From Octopus sinensis (lineage: Eukaryota), in contig NC_043005.1 in assembly GCF_006345805.1 (NCBI RefSeq), positions 32,612,001-32,676,000 on the forward strand: a DNA stretch of 64,000 nucleotides, in the 5' to 3' direction. Every line of letters starts with the position of its first letter. Positions within the stretch are counted from its first letter, which is position 1. Of this stretch, positions 38,690-50,649 are shown piece after piece. The notes beneath the pieces are model-generated. The model ran no database searches. It saw only the letters and a program-made list of their open reading frames with translations, and was not told where the DNA came from. The translations under genes and the position numbers were made by a program.

Positions 38690-40130
38690 CAGTGTAAGCT
38701 ATGGACACATAAAAGGTGCAGCAATATCAAAGGAAGGTTTGATTAGTTTTTGTGTATGGTAGATGCACAGGGGTAGTAAACACTGAAGATGAACAGAAAA
38801 CAGATTCCATCAAATGCCAGGGAGAAAAACTAGAAGTAGTTAATAGCTTCTACTACCTAGGCGATGAAGTCTGTTGTGGAGGTGGTTGTTTTGAGAGTGT
38901 AGAGGCTAGAATAAGAATAGCCTGGGCAAAGTTCAGGGAGCTCCTGCCTCTGCTAGCAACTAAGGGCCTATTGCTTAGGATGAAACATAGGCTGTATGAT
39001 TCCTGTGCAGGATCTGCCATGCTACACGGCAGTGCAAAATGGGCCATGACTGCTGAGGATATACATAGGCTTGAAAGAAATGAACCTAGTATGATCCACC
39101 AGATGTTTAATGTCACTGTGCATACACGACAGAGTGTTAGTGCCCTGAGAGAAAAGTTGGACATAAGAAGCATTAAATGTGGTGTTCAAGAGAGATGACT
39201 GTGCTGGTATGGTCATGTGTTATGCATGGATGAGGACAGCTGTGTGAGGAAGTGCCACTAGCTAACTGTGGAAGGAACCCAGGAAGAGATGGTGAAGTAT
39301 GGCTTTCAAACATTGGGCCTCACAGAGGCAATGACAGGAGACTGAGATCTTTGGAGATAAACTGTGTTTGAGAAGACCTGGCAACTAAAATGCGATCGCA
39401 GCCATGGCCGATGCCAGTGTTGCATGTCTGGCCCATTTAAGAGTACCCTTGATGTGTCGGGTGATATGATATACTTGAGAAGGCCTGTTAAGTCAAGTAA
39501 AACTAAAATTGCAGCTGTGGCCAGTGTACCCTGACTGGCTCCCATTCTGGTGGCACGTAAAATGCATCATCTGAATGTGATCAATGCCAGTGTTCCCTGA
39601 CTGGCTCCTGTGTCAGTGGCACATAAAAAGCACCGTCCAAATGTAGTCAATTCCAGGTCTACCTGACTGACTCCCGTGCCAGCGGCACATACAAAGCATC
39701 ACCTGAACATAGCCGATGCTAGTATTCCCTAACTGGCTTCTGTGTCGGTGGCATGTAAATGTCACTTTCCAAACGTGATCAATGTCAGGATCGCCTGACT
39801 GGCCCAGTGCTGGTGGCACGTAAAAAGCACCATCTGAACATCGCCGATGTCATTCCCCCCCTGACTGGCTCCCATGCCAGTGGCTTGTGAACAGCATTAG
39901 TGGAATGTGATCGATGCCAGTCCTGCTTGACTGGCTCCTGTGCCAGTAGCACGTAAAAAGCACTCACTACACTCTCAGAGTGGTTGGCATTAAGAAGGGC
40001 ATCCAGCTGTAGAAACAATGCTAGATCAGATTGGAGCCTGGTGCAGCTGCTGGCTCTCCAGACCTCAGTTAAACCGTCTAACCCCTGCCAGCATGGAAAA
40101 CGGACATTAAACGATGATGATAATGATGAT
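38690..40130 (+). mobile_element. 5'-truncated RTE LINE with expanded 3' UTR
   Basis: EKLEVVNSFYYLGD..RIRIAWAKFRELLPLL..RLYDSC..MLHGS..LERNE matches 46990-47290; (GAT)n tail. Confidence 0.95.
39520..39963 (+). repeat. Seven 66-bp tandem units, each with two hairpins, in the RTE 3' UTR
   Basis: Unit starts at 39520, 39586, 39652, 39718, 39784, 39849, 39916. Consensus GCCAGT-N8-ACTGGC-N4-GTGCC-AGT-GGCAC-GTAAAAAGCAC. Confidence 0.9.
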
Positions 40131-40137
40131 GGTGGTA

Positions 40138-40177
<40 letters not shown>

Positions 40178-40195
40178 ACGTCTTGTGCCCCTACA

Positions 40196-40244
<49 letters not shown>

Positions 40245-40680
40245 ATTTATATTTGTTTTTAATTGAATGCTAAGCATCCATTTCCAAGTAAGTTTATATA
40301 TATATATATGTGTGTATATATATATATATTATATGTGTGATATATATTATTGGGGTAGGTGAACATGTGAATTGTTCCTCAACTAGCAGAAGTAATGCTA
40401 CTCATTGTAACTTAAGCACAAGTTAGATATGTTCTAAGAGTAATTTACTGTATGAGTGTGTGCATGTTTGTACATGTCCCACTCTTTCTTTGTCTCTCTC
40501 TCTCTCTCTGATAGACACACACTCACCCACACAGCTACACTTTATCCCATCCCCTCTCTCTTCTTTCACTCCTTCAAGCTGCAGGTTTACTGGCTTGAAA
40601 CATATAGGCCACACTTGACGTCATATTTATTGATGTAACACATGCAGAAAAACTTTCAACAAGAGAGAAACCCTGCGTAC

Positions 40681-40732
<52 letters not shown>

Positions 40733-41954
40733 ATGTATACCTTTTTCTTTTTTATGTTTATCATCTTTGTTCTGATTTACTTTCATAAATTGGCAGATTT
40801 TATGTCTTGATGTGTGTGTATGTGTATTCCAGAGTGGTGTCACATTATTGCTGCCATCCAATTCATGAAATCAGTAAAAGTGTGTGTGTGTGTGTGTCTG
40901 TATACTCAGACACACATATAGAGAGATTGGGAGAGAGAGAGAGAGAGAAATAGATGTAGATATTTCGTTTCCATTCAAAAAGTGGTCTTCTGGTATATTT
41001 TTCTTGTCCAACTATCTGCTCTATGCCAGCCACCATGGACAGCAAATAGCAAATATGAAAATTATGATGATGTATTATCCTGGTTGTGTAGGGATGTTAT
41101 TGGATCTGATCAACCTTCTCTCCTCTCTAACACTCACTCACTCTCCTACTCTAACTTTGCCATATCACCTGTATTATGAGGGCCATTGTACTACTATCTG
41201 CACTCAATGCACCAACATTCAGCCTTCTATGCTGCCTCACCACCACCACCACCACTGTTGTTGTCACCCCCACCCCCTACATCCATTACCCTTATTCTTT
41301 TTTCTACCATCACTTATTGCTTCCACTCTGCTTTTCATTATCATTCTGTGTGTTATTCACTCTCTTTGTCATGTTGAGTGATTGGACAGTGTTTATAAGT
41401 ATGGAAGCCAACCTCGCCATAAAATGCACTTAATGTACTGTGTAAAGGGGTCAGTGATTGACCCTTGTCATTAATAGGGTTGACTGGAGCCATGACAGTG
41501 TTGTCAGCAATACGATAACCTCTCTAGTGTGTCACAATATAATCTTTTCAGTAGGAAACTCTATAAAGTGTTTGGTCTTAGGAAGGGTATCTAGCAGTAG
41601 AAAGCATGTCATAAATGAAACATGGGGGAGGGGGTCCACCAGTCAGTCAAGGACTGAAACAAGTAAAAGAGTAATTTGAATAAGAACTGGGTAATTCAGT
41701 TAAACAATAATAAATGTATAATACAAAATATTATGTATAATAGACTGATATTTCCTTTGTTGCTATCTCCTTCAAACAGAATGTTGTTTCTTTATGATTG
41801 TGCTCTTCCGTAAATGAAAGCTAAAACAGTTTAGCTAACTTCCTTCCCCAGGATATTTTGTATCAGCTCCACACCTAAAATTCCATTTTTATCAAAGAGA
41901 CATCACTTGAAAATTAAATAATTTTAACAAATGATCTGTGGAAGAAAACAGTCA

Positions 41955-42077
41955 TATTCTCTGACTATATATATATATATATATGCATATGCATATGTAT
42001 ATATATATATGCATATGTATATATATATATATGCATATGTATATAGATATGCATATGTATATATATATATGCATATG

Positions 42078-42112
<35 letters not shown>

Positions 42113-42162
42113 TATATGTATTATATATATATATATATATATATATGTTATATATATATATA

Positions 42163-42208
<46 letters not shown>

Positions 42209-42235
42209 TATATGCATATGTATATATATATATGC

Positions 42236-42289
<54 letters not shown>

Positions 42290-42699
42290 GGTGCATATGT
42301 ATATGTAGTGTATATATATGCATATGTATATATTATGTTCATATGTTTATATATATAATGTGTATATGTATGTATATGTATATGTATGATATATATATAT
42401 ATATGCATATGTATATATATATATATGCATTTGTATATATATATATATGCATATGTATATATATATGCATTTGTATATATATATATATGCATATGTATAT
42501 GTATATATATATGCATGTGTATATATATATATATATGCATATGTATATATGCATATATATGCATATGTATATATATATATATATGCATATGTATATATAC
42601 ATATTATAAATATATATATATGCATATGTATATATGCATATGTATATATAACATGTATATATGCATATATATAAATATGTATATTTGCATATGTATATA

Positions 42700-42741
<42 letters not shown>

Positions 42742-42961
42742 TATATGTATATAGACATATATATATAATATATATATATGAATATGTAATAACATATATA
42801 TATATATATATATATTATATATTAATATATAGTTAATATATATATATATCTATTAATATATATATATATATTTATATAGATATATTTATTATTATATATA
42901 TATATATATTATAATATATATATTATATATATATATATAATATATATTATATATATCTATA

Positions 42962-42992
<31 letters not shown>

Positions 42993-43099
42993 CTATATAA
43001 TTATATATAATATATATATATATATTATATATATATATTATATATATATATATATATTTATATATATAATATATAATATATATATATATATAATATATA

Positions 43100-43175
<76 letters not shown>

Positions 43176-43225
43176 TATATATATATATATAATATATATA
43201 ATATAATATATATATATTATATTAA

Positions 43226-43268
<43 letters not shown>

Positions 43269-43497
43269 TATATAATATAATTATATATATATATATATAT
43301 ATATTATATTATATATATATTATATATATATATAATATAATATTAATATATATATATATATATATATATATAGATATATTATATAATATATATATTATAT
43401 ATATATATAATATATAATATTATATATTATATTATATATATATATTATATATATATATTATTATAAATATTATATATATATATATATATTATATATA
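41955..43497. repeat. ~1.5-kb (TA)n-derived array with ATATGC/ATATGT higher-order units
   Basis: Seen directly; the many I/Y/M/H/C ORFs here are artefacts. Confidence 0.97.
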
Positions 43498-43886
43498 AAA
43501 ACTGAAAATCGCCATTACCATTACGATTCTACAATTTAAATTCCCAATTCAACTTACTCTTTCTTCTTCAATTTCAACTCCAGGTCGATGCCCACAGCAA
43601 GTTTTAAAAAAATTTATCTTACTATTTTTATTTTTCCAACATAGCGCGACATACATTCATTCGTTGTTACTACGTTTATTCATACATTGATAACTTGATT
43701 CGTCTTACCCATCTCTCTCACTACGAAAATTTAACCTTTTAGGCTACTTTCAAGCCTTCGCCATAACTTGATTTATCTTTCCTATCTCTCTCTCTACGAA
43801 ATTTAACCTTAGGCTACCTCAAGCCTTAATCCCATCTTTCCCCATCTTTCCGCCATCGGCGGTGCGCCCCCCCCCCCCCCCCCCCA

Positions 43887-44022
43887 CCCCCACCACCAAT
43901 ACCGATGAACACTGATCTCACCCCCACCACCAATACCGATGAACACTGTTCTCACCCCCACCACCAACACCGGTGAACACTGTTCTCACCCTCACCACCA
44001 ATACCAGTATACCCTGTTCTCA
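43887..44022 (+). repeat. Four 34-bp tandem units upstream of the RTE ORF
   Basis: CCCCCACCACCAATACCGATGAACACTGTTCTCA at 43887, 43921, 43955, 43989. Confidence 0.92.
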
Positions 44023-44591
44023 CCATCTACACCGGATACGCCCTACTCCCTCCTCATCCCCCCACTACCCCTTCTCCTCATATGCTTTCACTGTGAAAAG
44101 ACAAGCTGCTAGCGCCATAGCTCATCAACTGCCCACCGATCTTACGCTTCCTCCTGACACTGCCTCAATCCGACCATCCCCTTTTAGTACCCTCCCGCCT
44201 CGTAATATCCTACGTTTTTATTTCTTACGAACCTACACCAACCCTTCCTGCCATCGTTCCTCCTTACCCCCCAACCTTCCCCACTGGTTGCTCCCCTATA
44301 TTACCCGCACCCTACTACTCTCTCTCCTCTCTTCACTGGTGAAACCTTTCTCAACTGGACCCCCCCCCTCCCCAACTCAACTCTAAAATCTGTATTTCTT
44401 TCCTCTACCTAATTACGTTACTCAGTGACGATAACGAATGTCCACTGCTAACACCAGCTCCTGCCCACGGCGTGGTCAGGTTGGAAGAGAGATCAAAAGA
44501 AAATATACCACGAAAACTATCACCACCACAACAACCCTCCTCATCTCAGGCGCTGAATCCCCCCCGTCCCCCCCACATCTCCTTCCCAGTT

Positions 44592-47500
44592 TTCAGAGTT
44601 GGCACTATCAATGTTGGTACATTGACAGGCAAGTCTAGTGAGATTGTAGAGATGCTAGAGAGAAGACAGTTGATGTATGCTGCATACAAGAGGTAAGATG
44701 GAGAGATGCTTCGGCTAGGGTCCTCACGGGCAAGGCACTTAGGTACAAACTACTGGCAAGGTAACGCGGAAGGTGTAGGGGGTGTAGGCATTCTCCTTGC
44801 GGAGGAATGGGTGGATAAGGTCATAGAGGTTGTCAGGGTTTGTGATAGAGTGCTTAAGCTCAGGTTGGTCCTACAGAGTGGCACAGCTATGATTATCTCA
44901 GCCTATGCCCCACAAGCGGGACTACCAAATGATCAGAAGGACAACTTTTATGATATCCTTCTGCAGGCTACTTCAAAGACTAGTAACAAGGACCTCATCT
45001 TTGTAGGTGGAGATTTTAATGGGCATGTTGGGCGGGAATCGGGTATCTTCACTGGGGTACATGGTGGCTATGGTATTGGCACCAGAAATGATGAGGGAAC
45101 TAGACTGCTGGAATTCTGTGATGCATGTACCTTTCAATCTGCAACACTAACTTCAAGAAGCCAGTCTGCCACCTTATAACTTATCAGTCAGGAGACTCCG
45201 CTAGCCAAATAGACTTCATCCTCACCAGACAACGGGATGCAGGGTTGCTCTTGAATACAAAGACCCTCCCGGGTGAAGAATGTATCCCTCAGCATAGACT
45301 AATCATCAGTGACTTTAAGCTTGAGGCCAGAAGGACTCCAAGAAACAAACCAATCCAGAAAAGAAGGATTTGGAGGCTAAAGAACCCTTCGCATGGTCAG
45401 AAATTTAGGGACATACTCATCAAGAAATTTGATGAGAGGGAGGAGGAGCTTCAGACGTCAGACATAGAAGGTAGCTGGGAATTCCTACGGGACAGCTTGC
45501 TGAGTGCCACAGACCAAGTCTGTGGATGGTGCAAAGTCCCTTCCAGACCTAGAATTACGTGGTGGTGGAATAGTGCAGTAGATAAAGCCATCTGTGAAAA
45601 GAGACGGGCCTGGAAAGCCTGGAAGGATGGGGGCAGCAGGGAACTGTACCAGATAGCCAAAAGGGAGGCTGGGCGGCAGGTATACATTGCCAAAGATGTA
45701 GCAGAAAAGAAGTTTGCCAATGTCCACTGTCGCGAGGATCAAAGAGCTGAAGTATTTCGGATTGCCAGACAGTGTGTCAGAGAAAATAGCGATGTTATAG
45801 GAGAGAAATGTGTCCGCATGGATGATGGGGCACTTGCTTTTACTACTAGTGAAAAGAAAGAGGCTTGGAGAAGCCATTATGAAAGACTGCTGAATGAGGA
45901 GAATGAATGGGAGGAGGAGAGCCTGCCAAATGTTGACCCAGTAGAGGGACCAGCTACCCGAGACAGCTCCCTTGTAGATAAGGCAATTAAGGATATGAAA
46001 CCAGGCAAAGCCCCTGGCCTATCAGGAATCACTGCTGAGATGCTTAAAACAGCTGGCTATGTGGGCTATGCCATAGTCACCCGCATTGTAAACCAGGTAG
46101 TTCACAATGGAGTCATACCCAATGACTGGTGCAGCAGCACCATAGTCAACTGCTACAAGGGTAAGGGTGATGCTCTAGATAGAAATAACTACAGAGGTAT
46201 CAAACTGTTGGACCAGGTGATGAAGGTCTCAGAGAGGTCATAACCAATCTCATTAGGGAGAGAATTTGTTTAGATGAAATGCAGTTCGGTTTTGTACCAG
46301 GTAGAAGCACCACTGATGCTATATTCCTGGTCTGACAACTGCAGGAGAAGTACCTAGCTAAAGATAAACCCCTCTACATAGCTTTTGTAGACTTGGAGAA
46401 AGCCTTTGACAGGGTTCCCCGTTCCCTTATCTGGTGGTCGATGCGGAAACTGGAGATTGAAGAATGGCTAATAAGGGCTGTACAGGCTCTATACAGAGAG
46501 GCTGTCAGCAAGGTTAGGATTGGCAACGAATATAGTGAAGAATTCCGGGTAGAAGTAGGTGTGCACCAGGGCTCAGCCCTCAGTCCCCTTTTATTCATCA
46601 TAGTCCTTCAGGCAATAACAGAGGAATTCAAACGGGATGCCCCTGGGAGCTCCTCTATGCCGATGACCTAGCTCTCATAGCAGAATCACTACCGGAACTA
46701 GAAGAGAAATTTCGGGTGTGGAAGCAAGGGTTGGAATCAAAGGGCCTTAGAATAAATGTAGCAAAGACCAAAGTATTAGTAAGCAGCAAGAGGTACTCAG
46801 CACACACCCCCTCGGGTAGGTGGCCCTGCTCAACCTGTAGGAAAGGTACGGTAGAAACTCCATAAGATGCACCCAATGTAAGTTATGGACACATAAGAGG
46901 TGCAGCAACATTAAAGGGAAATAACAGATAAGATAGCTTTCATGTGCGGCAGTGCCATGCACAGGACAATAGACACAACAGACACTCAGAAAACAGATTC
47001 CATCACACTCCAGGGAGAGAAACTAGAAGTAGTTGATAGTTTCCGCTACCTGGGTGACCAAGTTAGTAGCGGAGGTGGATGCACAGAGAGTATCACCACT
47101 AGAATACGAATAGCCTGGGCAAAGTTCAGAAAGCTCCTACCCCTACTGGCAACAAAAAGTCTCTCCCTCAGAGCGAAAGGTAGATTGTATGATGCATGTG
47201 TGCGAACTGCCATGCTCCACGGTAATGAAACATGGGCTGTGACTGCAGAAGACATGCGTAGACTTGAAAGAAATGAAGCTAGCATGATCCGCTGATGTGT
47301 AGTGTCAGTGTGCACGCAAGACAGAGTGTAAGCATCCTGAGAGTAATGCTGGATAAGAAGCATCAGATGTGGTGTGCAAGAGCGACGCTTGCGATGGTAT
47401 GGTCATGTGCTGCGGATGGATGAAGAGAGATGTGTGAAGAATGCCACTCCCAAACAGTTGAAGGTATCAGGGGGAGAGGTAGACCAGGAAGACATGGGAT

Positions 47501-47600
47501 GAGGTAGTCAAGCATGACCTCAGAGCATTGGGCCTCACTGAGGCAATGGCGAAGGACCGAGATCTCTGGAGATATGCTGTGACTACAAAGACCCGGGCTG
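44592..47600 (+). pseudogene. RTE APE-endonuclease/reverse transcriptase ORF, frameshifted
   Basis: FRVGTINVGTL; ISAYAPQ; GGDFNGHVG; QIDFIL; KAPGLSGI; YRGIKLL; QFGF; FVDLEKAFDRV; GVHQGSALSPLLF; YADD at 46656-67; FRYLG; LRWYGHV. Several stops and frameshifts. Confidence 0.96.
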
Positions 47601-47638
47601 CTTTCTGCAGCAATTCCACTTACCCCCTACCCATTCTA

Positions 47639-47701
47639 AGTACCCCGGATCCCCAAAGTACCCTGGATCCCCAAAGTACCCCGATCCCCAAAGTACCCCG
47701 G
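47639..47701 (+). repeat. 18-bp tandem repeat (about 3.5 units) at the start of the RTE 3' UTR
   Basis: AGTACCCCGGATCCCCAA repeated. Confidence 0.9.
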
Positions 47702-47972
47702 ACCTCGTTGCCCCCGTGCCGCTGACACGTTAAAAGCTCGAACCGATCGTGACCGATGCTGGACCCTCCGGCCCCTGTGCAGGTGGCACGTAAAAAGCAC
47801 CCAATCCACTCACGGAGTGGTTGGCGTTAGGAAGGGCATCCAGCCGTAGAAACTCTGCCAGATTCAGACTGGAGCCTGGAGCGGCCCCTGGCTTCCCAGA
47901 CCCGGTCGAACCGTCCAACCCGTGCTAGCGCGGAAAGCGGACGTTAAACGATGATGATGATGATGATGATGA

Positions 47973-48016
<44 letters not shown>

Positions 48017-48152
48017 AAATATTTTGTATAATAGATTGATATTTCCTTTGTTGCTATCTCCTTGAAACAGAATGTTGTTTCTTTATGAAAAAGTGTAACT
48101 ATTATTTATTTTCTGTGTTAATTGTTAACAAGGCAAAAATACACTCATCTCC

Positions 48153-48223
<71 letters not shown>

Positions 48224-48424
48224 AATATGTATGTATATATACGTATGTATATGTAAATATGTATGTATATATATGTATGTATATGTAAATATGTATATAT
48301 ATATATGTAAATATGTATGTATATATATATATATATATAATATATATATACATATATATGTATATATATATAGATATGTATGTATATATATATATATATA
48401 AATATGTATGTATATATATGTGTA

Positions 48425-48670
48425 GGGTCTAGGATTAAGGTAAAAGTTTTTATTTTCCAATCAGTTTCGGAATTACAACAATTGGTGGCTTGGAGTTTTA
48501 ACTGCTCTTTCTAGCGAGTCAGATATCCTATTCTCCGGGTATCTCTTTTGTGTTTGAATGTACACTGTATTTTTCTTTGAATAATATATAGTCTATTGAC
48601 TAATTTTTTCTTTCTCACTAGACCACTGGTAACTAAGAATTTTTCTATGAATATTCTTGCTACCCTAAGA
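48425..48670 (-). mobile_element. Possible Penelope-like post-RT linker fragment
   Basis: [24 protein letters not shown] resembles the PLE xRGYPxxxIxxxIxRAxxxPRxxLL linker. Confidence 0.45.
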
Positions 48671-48679
48671 TTTTAATTA

Positions 48680-48693
48680 ATTATATATATATG

Positions 48694-48737
<44 letters not shown>

Positions 48738-48822
48738 GTATATATGTATATATATATATATAAATGTATATATGTATATATATGTATATGTTTTATATAT
48801 ATGTATATATATGTATATGTTT

Positions 48823-48855
<33 letters not shown>

Positions 48856-49177
48856 ATATGCATATATATATGTATGTATGTATATATGCATATATATATA
48901 TGTATGTATGTATATATGCATATATATATGTATGTATGTATATATGCATATATATGTATGTGTGTATGTATATATGCATATATATATGTATGTATGTATA
49001 TATGCATATATATATGTATGTATGTATATATGCATATATATATATGTATGTATGTATATATGCATATATATATGTATGTATGTATATATGCATATATATG
49101 TATGTATGTATGTATATATGCATATATATGTATGTATGTATGTATATATGCATATATATATATGTATGTATATATGC

Positions 49178-49211
<34 letters not shown>

Positions 49212-49217
49212 ATATGC

Positions 49218-49249
<32 letters not shown>

Positions 49250-49363
49250 GCATATATATGTATGTATGTATATATGCATATATAGTATGTATGTATATAT
49301 GCATATATATGTATGTATGTATGTATATATGCATTATATATATGTATGTATATATGCATATAT

Positions 49364-49414
<51 letters not shown>

Positions 49415-49440
49415 ATATATCTGCATATATGTATACATAT
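48680..49440. repeat. TA-rich array with ~28-30 bp higher-order unit (TATATGCATATATATATGTATGTATG)
   Basis: Seen directly. Confidence 0.95.
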
Positions 49441-49444
49441 ATAT

Positions 49445-49598
49445 CACCATGACCGACCAGGCTATCAGATGTTGCTACGCATCGCTGGTCACAATGCGTT
49501 TCGCATTATTTTAGCCTTCAAATGACGCTACCCCGCTGGCTAAGCGAGTAGGCCAACAGAAGAAAGAGTGAGAGAAAGTTGTGGCGAAAGAGTTCAGC
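49445..49598 (-). mobile_element. 3' fragment of a third SINE family
   Basis: GACCGACCAGGCTATCAGATGTTGCTAC..GAAAGTTGTGGCGAAAGAG recalled as an abundant octopus SINE; CpG-rich and young-looking. Confidence 0.55.
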
Positions 49599-49860
49599 AT
49601 ATATATATGTATATGTTTAAATAATTTGGGAAGATGAATTTCCGAATCAATCAGGTATAACCCTTTAGCATTACATGCATCTGCATATCGTACAGTGGGA
49701 TCTTAATTATCATATATTTATATATTTATTTAGAAATATACAAAATATATAATAGAAAACAATAATAATTCAATTTTTATATATATATATAATATCTATC
49801 TGTCTATCTATCTATGCATATATATATAAATATATGCATATATATATAAATAAATGTGTT

Positions 49861-49892
<32 letters not shown>

Positions 49893-49904
49893 GGTCACTA
49901 GCCA

Positions 49905-50237
49905 CTACACATTCTTTATTTTCTCTCCTTGTTTCTTTCTGTGTTCTTTCTGTGAAAGAGCGTACACTCGAAACATTAAAGACTTTTTCCACTTCCTGAG
50001 CATTAAACTAATACATCTGTTTTTTGTGAGTGATACACTCTCAGAGTGGTTGGCGTTAGGAAGGGCATCCAGCTGTAGAAACACTGCCAGATCTGACTGG
50101 CCTGGTGCAGCCTTCGGGCTCCTCAGACCCCAGTTGAACCGTCCAACCCATGCTAGCATGGAAAGCGGACGTTAAATGATGATGATGATGATGACCACCT
50201 GTCTTTGTCTTTCATTTTTTTTTTTGTGAATTCTCCC

Positions 50238-50240
<3 letters not shown>
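49905..50240 (+). mobile_element. Penelope-like terminal-repeat fragment with degenerate hammerhead (49945-49982), interrupted by an RTE tail
   Basis: TCTTT-CTGTGAA-A-GAGC-GTAC-ACTC-GAAA-CATT-AAAGA. Confidence 0.5.
50034..50194 (+). mobile_element. RTE 3'-end fragment
   Basis: High similarity to 47810-47973; (GAT)n tail. Confidence 0.93.
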
Positions 50241-50273
<33 letters not shown>

Positions 50274-50274
50274 A

Positions 50275-50601
50275 TAAGGAAATTGTGAGTGTGGAGGGAA
50301 GTACTGTCTTCGAGTGAGTTTATTGAAAGATGGGTGAAAGTTGTGAAAATGGCAAGAGTGGCTGGTACTTCTGTAAGTGTTGACCTGAGAGAAAAGGAAT
50401 TGGAGAGGGCACCTGCTCATTGGGTTTCAGGAAAATCTTGGACAGTGAGGTTCCTCTATTATCCCTAGAGGTGTTCCTGTATCAGGAGGGTCACATCTCT
50501 ATCATCCTCCCTGATTTCATTATTATTTATAAACCTCCACACTTTACGTCCGTCTCAGTTTTGTCTCCCTCATACTTCACCATTGTGGCGAATAAATAAA
50601 A

Positions 50602-50605
<4 letters not shown>
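50275..50605 (+). mobile_element. Possible L1/Tx1-like 3' end
   Basis: REVLSSSEFIERWVKV-like C-terminus followed by a UTR ending AATAAATAAAA, then (ATT)n. Confidence 0.3.

Positions 50606-50649
<44 letters not shown>

Larger units (their letters stand above)
43498..47973 (+). mobile_element. Near full-length RTE-clade LINE (disrupted)
   Basis: Repeat-rich putative 5' UTR, APE plus RT ORF remnants, 3' UTR, (GAT)n tail. The 5' boundary is uncertain. Confidence 0.93.

Noticed and set aside
39520-39963. CRISPR-like regular array
   Set aside because: Whole 66-bp units are homologous with no unique spacers; eukaryotic LINE 3' UTR context and no cas genes.
40884-41433. His/Pro/Thr-rich ORFs
   Set aside because: Arise from (CAC)n, (GA)n and (GT)n microsatellites.
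41924-42795. Long ORFs rich in I/Y/M/H/C (also 48102-49514, 164-450, 60185-60571)
   Set aside because: Translations of TA/CA microsatellites that lack stop codons; no coding signal.
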